The notes under the pieces are model-generated. The model did no database searches. It had not been told where the DNA came from and saw only the letters and a program-made list of their open reading frames with translations. The position numbers and the translations under genes are program-made. From NCBI GenBank assembly GCA_964019335.1, contig OZ025746.1:186001-250000 (forward strand): a DNA stretch of 64,000 nt. The letters are read 5' to 3'. This DNA comes from Diplonema japonicum. Its lineage: Eukaryota > Protista > Euglenozoa: Diplonemea. Shown one piece after another: positions 57,930 to 64,000 of the stretch (within the stretch, counting starts at the first letter, position 1; each line of letters opens with the position of its first letter).

Positions 57930-59764
57930 CCCATACTTTCAACTCCTCCACCAAGGACGGGAGAGATTGTATGTGTCCCAGCCTCACCCCGTTTCTTCCA
58001 CCGATCGGGTGCAGCATCCCGAGCATCCCCTTTATCCAGAACGTTGGGTACAGGATGTACATAGCCCTTAGATTCCGGGTGTATTTTCGAGGGAGGTCCT
58101 ATTTTTTTTTTTTTTTGAAAAAAAAAAAAAAAAAATACCGATTCATAGATTTTCCGCAACCAGTTATAAGCGGGCTTCACAGCGGAGTAGCCGAGATGGG
58201 GGTCGGTTATAAATGTTATAATGTATGGGGATCGCGAGATTCCGTCCATTCTAAAAAAAAAAAGTTTTTTTTTTTCTTTTTTTTTTTTTTCCATACAATT
58301 TCGCGAAGAAGAGAAGCATGTTACGGTCGTCGGAGTAATCTGCGGGCATTCTGCCGACGGTCAGCTGAATGACCGTCGTTCTTTCACGGTTCATGCCGCA
58401 GACGTTTAGATACCTTGTTCGAGATATGGCGTTCAAAGAATCTGCCACAACACCCAACGGGCGATGCGCTTCCTGCATAATGCAACGATACCGCTCAACC
58501 AAATCTTCTGGATCCGGATCCGTTTCGTGCCGGAGGTAGTGAACAAAATTCTGCTTTGGAATCAATGAAAATGTAAGCTGCGGCGGTGGCGGCGGCAACA
58601 ACGCCAACAATTTCTGTGGAACAAAATGACTATCCGCCAATGGTGAGAGGTGCCCGATGTGCTTAAACAAACACGAAAACGCATGGTGCAGCTCAATGTG
58701 AACCAAATGGCAAGAGCTCAAAACAGATTTCATCGCTTCAGGCGTTTGATGAGGAGTTGGTGTTGAGTATTTGAAAGGTCTTATGGGTGACCCTTGAACC
58801 GTCTCCGGGCTCGCGAATCGTAGCAGCAATGATTTCAACCGCCCGCTTTCTTTTTCGAAGGCCCGGTTCAGCTTGAGATACACACAGTTAGTCTCTTCAA
58901 ATCTTGTTTTGTTCACGAATTTTTGCAGAACTCTGCTGAAAGCGATCAATGATCTCCTGCCGGTGCACCCTGGGTTGCTGAAACTTTCATCAGTGAGATC
59001 CAAAGCATCGAGAATTCCATAACGCTCGGGAACTACGAGACTCGGCGTCAAGCATCGAAGCATTAGGTACGATGAGATCATGAAGCTTGCGTCTCCATTG
59101 CAACGCGCTCCTCTGTTTGTTATTATTATTATTATTATTTTTTTTTTTGTACTACTACATACATCTTCGCGATCTGTTGGCAGACCAATCGTAGGTAATA
59201 CGGCGCCCCGTCGATCGCATCCTCGAACGCCTTTAAAAATTTTTCCAACACCTCCAACAAAACTTCTCCGGATGCGTTGAGCTGTTCTTCTGAAACGCGT
59301 GATTCGTCTAGTTCCACAGGCGGCCCTTCATACTCCGTAAGAAAAAATTTTACGATGGGGCCTGCCACCGTGCAGATGTACTCTTTAGAGTGCGTTTGGG
59401 AGAATGAGTCGAGTATTTTGCTTAGAACGGTGGTTTGTCGCAGGAAGGTTCTGGTTTTTTCGATGCTGCCTCCCGTGCGGAATGAGTCCGGGGTCCGTCC
59501 TACCTCGAACGCGAAAAAAATATAAGTCATGTTCAGAAAAACTCGGAAATGCAGTGCCATCACGGTGAGGCAGCGAGCCCACAAATCGAGGTCTGTCGGT
59601 GCCGGGGGGTCTTTGAACAGGCAGTACAAAAACTCAAGCTGGCCTGAAATGTATATAGTGACATCCTCGTAGCTTCTTACTTCGGCGGCCACCCCTTGCT
59701 GCTCCTGGTCTTTGCTTGACTGCACGTCATCCTCATTTAGAATAACAGGAGGGAGCGTCTTCAT
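57195..59764 (-). CDS. RasGAP + BCH/CRAL-TRIO + RhoGAP-like multidomain protein, 5 exons
   Basis: RasGAP TFLRQTT, SYLMLRCLTPSLVVP, SRVLQKFVN; BCH WLRKIYESDLPRKYTRNLRAMYILYPTFWIK; RhoGAP-like PTLPYQCIQWV..HGL...LPPEHL. Introns 59113-59162, 58251-58296, 58099-58138 and 57882-57936 keep the frame. Confidence 0.78.
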
Positions 59765-59912
59765 GGTGGTTTTTCCCCACCTCCTCCCTTCCCTTTTTTT
59801 TGGGGGGGGTTGCTGGTTTGCAGAAAAGAAGAAGACGAGAAAAAAAAAAAAGAAAAAAAAAAAAACACTATGCATGGAACACTTCTTCCGTTTTTTCTTC
59901 TTCTTGTTTTTT

Positions 59913-60299
59913 TCACTTCTCATCCAGCACTTCGATTCCTTTAAAATCAGGCCGTTGAGTGGCAATCCAGTTCTTTGCCTCCCACGCCTTCCAGTTCCCG
60001 TCCTTTCTGAATTGCCTCCATTTTTCTATCCAACGAATCTTTTTTTTTTTTTTTTTTTTCTTCCCCTCAACACACCTGAGCAGGGTACCCATATTTGTCC
60101 CATTTCTGGTGATAAAATGGCTCGCCAGCTTTAACACCCCTGTTTTTTTTTTTTTTTTATTTATTTTTTTTTTTTTTTTAATTTGCTCGCCCCCTTTCAT
60201 ACTTGAAATCATCATATAAAAACTCCGCCCTGTTCAAGGGATGTCCGTACAAACTCCATTCTCGGGGAATATGCGGGTTGGGTCTGGAAGCAATTTTGG

Positions 60300-60333
<34 letters not shown>

Positions 60334-61187
60334 AAAATATACTTGATATTGTGCCACACAGAACGGTTGTCCCACGCCTTGCGTTGCATGGGACCATTTC
60401 CTTCGTCGTGATCCTTTTTTCGCGTCATATAGTCGAGTTCTGAACCAAGCTTTAAAAGAGACTCGTAATATCTTTCAAAGGTGATGTTGGTGATGTAAAC
60501 CGGCAGCAAGATACCCTTTTGTGTCGCCTCGTCAAAAAGATGCTTTACCCGTTTCACCGCTTCCTCTTCACCAATAAGGTGTCGGGAGAGAATGTAAGCC
60601 CGAGAAAGCGCCAGGTAGTTCGTTTTGTTATAAGGCATTTTTTTCAGGCCGATCTCAGAGAATGCTTCTTCCGCTTTAGACAAAATTCTCGCTCTTCCGT
60701 ACAGTTGGATCAAGGTTGTGTATTGTCTTTGTGATGCACCATAACGCTCCTTTAAGTCTTCCCACACTCTCAACATTCTGGGAACCCACACCTTCGGTCG
60801 GAGCTCGACATGTTCTAACATATCATCTATGAAACCGCTATAGTCATCAGGATGGTTGTAGAGTCTTTGCCTGTGAGCTTGTAAATAGTATTGCCAGTGG
60901 TATTCCGGGTCTACCTTGTACGACTCCAGGCTCTCTACCCAGTCAGTGTTCCTCAGCCAAACCTCGGGAAAGTGGTTTCGAAGGCCCCTTCTCTTCCACT
61001 CGTTGCTACGTATCTTCATATCGGTCGAGTACGTCCATTTGGGGATGTTCAGGGTGTTGACGGTCGTTCCTCTACGGTTCGACTTCTGCGTGCTACGCTT
61101 CGCGCCGTTCTTGAATCGCTTTTGGGTGGCTGTTGCCGCTGAAGAGGTGAAGAGAGGTGTCCGCCGAACGGCGCTGCTTGTTATCAT
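59913..61187 (-). CDS. Mitochondrial PPR-containing protein, 4 exons
   Basis: Presequence MITSSAVRR; PPR-like QYTTLIQLYGRARILSKAEEAFSEI and NYLALSRAY. Introns 60284-60342, 60140-60202 and 60039-60075 extend the CDS to ...EVLDEK*. Confidence 0.75.
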
Positions 61188-61366
61188 TTTTTTTTTTTTT
61201 CTTTTCTTTTTTTTTTTTTTTTTTTTTTTTGCGATTTGAGAACAGGAAAAAAAAAGTAAAAAAAAAAAAAAGTGTTTGACGAAAAGAAAAAAACCTTTTT
61301 TTTTTTTTTTTTTTTTTCTCATTTTTTTTTTAATTTTTTTTTCTCGATTGATACACCAAAACCAAC

Positions 61367-62071
61367 TTAAAGCTCCTTGGGGTTCATGATGGTCACAACG
61401 TCGGGCTGCGGCTTCACGGGGCCCTTGGCACCGGTGGGGTCCCAGTCAAGCATGATCTTGACCTTGAGACCGAGAACACCCTGCCTCATGTAGATGTGAC
61501 GGGTGCACTGGGAGACGAACGAACGGGGGACGTCACCGGAGGACTTCATGTACCCGTCGGCGAACTTCATGGCCTTGGCACGCTGCCCACGAACCTTACC
61601 GGACACAATGACTTCAACACCCTTGGCCTCGGACTCCATAACAAAGCGGATGACACCATAGCAGGCCCTCCTCACAGGGAGCCCACCGACCAGCTTGTAC
61701 CTGAGGGACTCGGCCTGGGCAATGGCAGAGAGACCCCTGTTGCTCACCCTCTCAGCGTACAGTTCAACACCACCCTCGGGGAACTGGAACCTCTGCTGAA
61801 CCGCGCTGGTGAGCTCCCTGATCCTCCTGCCGCCCTCACCAAGGACGTCCTTCGACCTGGTGGCCTTGATGATGATCTCAGTCCTCTGGGGAGTCTTCCT
61901 CACCTGAAGATTTTTTTTTTTTTTTTTTTTTTTTTTGTTCCCTTCCCATACCTCAAGCCCGGAGAAACCGTCCTCGGCGAGTTCCCTCCTGAGCATCTCG
62001 CTAAGCTCGCAGTAGAAGACACCGTCAGCGACGAACTTCCTCTTCCTCGACAGGTTGCCAAGCAATGCCAT
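61367..62071 (-). CDS. RPS3: 40S ribosomal protein S3 (uS3), 2 exons
   Basis: [50 protein letters not shown]; 48-nt GT-AG intron 61904-61951. Confidence 0.98.
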   Translation of the reverse strand: MALLGNLSRKRKFVADGVFYCELSEMLRRELAEDGFSGLEVWEGNKKKKKKKKNLQVRKTPQRTEIIIKATRSKDVLGEGGRRIRELTSAVQQRFQFPEGGVELYAERVSNRGLSAIAQAESLRYKLVGGLPVRRACYGVIRFVMESEAKGVEVIVSGKVRGQRAKAMKFADGYMKSSGDVPRSFVSQCTRHIYMRQGVLGLKVKIMLDWDPTGAKGPVKPQPDVVTIMNPKEL

Positions 62072-62146
62072 CTTGTTTAAGTGTTTAATAAACTAAACTG
62101 TGTGCTGGGTATGGTATGTGGTGTGTGTGTGAGTGTGTGGTGGGTG

Positions 62147-63065
62147 ATCAGATGGTGGTGCATGTAAAATTATTCTGTCACGCAAAAAAAAGGGGGAGAC
62201 CCCTTTTCCTTGTAAGATTGGAGTGATTTGTGTGTGTTTTGGTGTCATCATTTCTTTTTTTTCTTTTCTTCTCCCCCGTGCATGAACATGCATAAAGTTA
62301 CCCCCCCAGACGTGGTTGAAAGGGAACATCAGATGGTGGTGCATGTAAAGTTATTCTGTCACTCAAAAGGGGAGGAAAACCCCCTCCTTTTGTAAGACTG
62401 GAGTGATTTGTGTGTGTTTTTGGTGTCATCATTTAATGATGTTCGGGAGGCAAAAAAAGGACATCAGATGGTGGTGCATGTAAAGTTATTCTGTCACTCA
62501 AAGAGAGAGACTCTCTTTGTAAGACTGGAGTGATTTGTGTTGTTTTGGTGTCATCATTTTGATGATGTTCAAGATGGAGCTCAACGAAAGGACATCAGAT
62601 GGTGGTGCATGTAAAATTATTCTGTCACTCAAAAGGGGAGGAAAACCCCCTCCTTTTGTAAGATTGGAGTGATTTGTGTGTGTTTTGGTGTCATCACTTG
62701 AATGTGACCAGGGAGCCGGTTGGAAGGCTAAAAAAAAAAAAAAAAAAAAAAAAACAAACAAACAAAGGAGGTGCGCTGGTTGGCACCCTGCGTGCTCGAA
62801 GGGGAACATCAGATGGTGGTGCATGTAAAATTATTCTGTCACTCAAAGAGAGAGACCCCCTTTGTAAGATTGGAGTGATTTGTGTGTGTTTTGGTGTCAT
62901 CATTTTAATGATGTTCAAGCTGGAGCTCAGCCCCGTTTAGGATGAAACGAAACGAAAGGACATCAGATGGTGGTGCATGTAAAGTTATTCTGTCACTCAA
63001 AAGGGGAGGAAAACCCCCTCCTTTTGTAAGATTGGAGTGATTTGTGTGTGTTTTGGTGTCATCAT
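62147..63065 (-). ncRNA. Second tandem array, 6 copies of the same box C/D snoRNA
   Basis: Copies at about 62147-62251, 62324-62432, 62460-62557, 62591-62697, 62804-62903 and 62959-63065; same boxes, guides and linkers as the 16.9-kb array. Confidence 0.88.
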
Positions 63066-63449
63066 TTAGATGGTGTGACAGCGGTAGGGGGGATGCAATG
63101 TGAATAAATATTGGACAACGAGGATAAGAAAAGCAGAATAATAATAATGAAACACCACCCCCATCCAGCAAAAGAAGGGCGGGTAAGGTAATGTAAGATG
63201 GTGGAGGTGGGGAAAAGTGCGTGGGGTGCGACTGTGAGCGAAACAGGCAACAAATAATATAAAAAAAAATAGCCTGCACCCACTACTTTAATCCCCCCTC
63301 CCGCCCTCCCTTGCTCATCTCCATTCAGCTGCCTCCTTCTACTCGTGAGATCTCAAAGAAAAAAAAAAGAAAATCGCTCGGAAAGGAGGTACTGCTGAAC
63401 CCCATGGAAGAAACAAAAAAAAAAAGAAGAAAAAAAAAAAAACATCGCT

Positions 63450-64000
63450 CTACCACCCACTGAACAGCCCCCCTGACTTCTTGACGTCTTCGCCGTTGGT
63501 ATTCTGCATTTTTTTATTTTCTTTGCATTTTTTTCCCCCCCTCCTTCCACACCTTTCCATCGTCCGCATCGGTCCCACCCAACATCTTGTCAACATCCAA
63601 GGAAAAAACGTGCCCTGCCGATGTGCACGCAATAAGCCCTACCCCCGCAGCGTGCAAACCCGTGTTGAGCTGCAGTGAAAAACACGGCACAGGGCGCGAC
63701 ACGTTCATCGAGTGGAGATACGTGCGCTGGCCTCCTTTTGGAAACACCTCGGAGAACGTCAAAAATCCCGATTTGAGATGAGCGTCCCCCCCTGAGGTAA
63801 CCACGAGGGGGAGTGGGTAGGGCGTGTACCCCATATCAGTGACGTGTTGGCTCAAGGGGACATCGAAGCTGGTGACCAACCTTCCGTTTAAGGTGAACAC
63901 GAGAATCGCTTGCGGGACTTGAACAGGCTTTTCAGCGTCCAAAAAATCAGTATTGCGACAGTCGGTGACCTCGGGGTGCCGATCGCATAAAACGACAATA
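63450..64000 (-). CDS. C-terminal part of a beta-propeller (WD40, possibly BEACH-family) protein
   Basis: Open frame from the window end; ILVFTLNGRLV, LVVTSGGD. Intron 63504-63552 gives the end NTNGEDVKKSGGLFSGW*. Confidence 0.55.

Noticed and set aside
62147-63065. rRNA gene fragments, or the short MMTPKHTQ ORFs
   Set aside because: Only two 12-13-nt 18S matches, embedded between C/D boxes; the ORFs are incidental translations of the repeat.
1-64000. tRNA, rRNA, SL RNA genes or an autonomous transposase/reverse transcriptase
   Set aside because: None recognised by eye; a covariance-model scan would be needed to exclude small RNAs.

Overview
Eukaryotic nuclear DNA. Its organisation suggests Euglenozoa, probably a diplonemid (inference only). 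All ~25 recognisable protein genes and both snoRNA arrays lie on the minus strand across the full 64 kb, like a kinetoplastid directional cluster. Unlike kinetoplastids, the genes carry 19 very short (37-101 nt) GT-AG introns filled with poly(A), poly(T) or (AT)n, mostly near the 3' end of the genes. Genes in plus-coordinate order: VPS51 (partial), SLC44/CTL transporter, mitochondrial ClpB/Hsp78, a small PARP-type Zn-finger protein, a Zn-finger UPF1-like helicase, GH59 galactosylceramidase, a SAM/coiled-coil/repeat protein, hypotheticals, a GT61 glycosyltransferase, L-fucokinase, four mosaic ferric-reductase/NOX-like paralogues, a MAM33-like protein, a sialidase, sulfatase-BBE-BBE-sulfatase, a RasGAP-BCH-RhoGAP fusion, a PPR protein, RPS3 and a partial WD40/BEACH-like gene. 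The most striking non-coding feature is a ~105-nt dual-guide box C/D snoRNA, antisense to 18S rRNA helix 34. It is amplified to 11 copies in two tandem arrays 45 kb apart, with alternating hairpin variants. The intergenic DNA also holds a ~380-bp palindrome, a TA-flanked TIR element, a GCGAAGC-capped foldback element and a possible degenerate hammerhead. All calls come from motif reading by eye; no searches were run.
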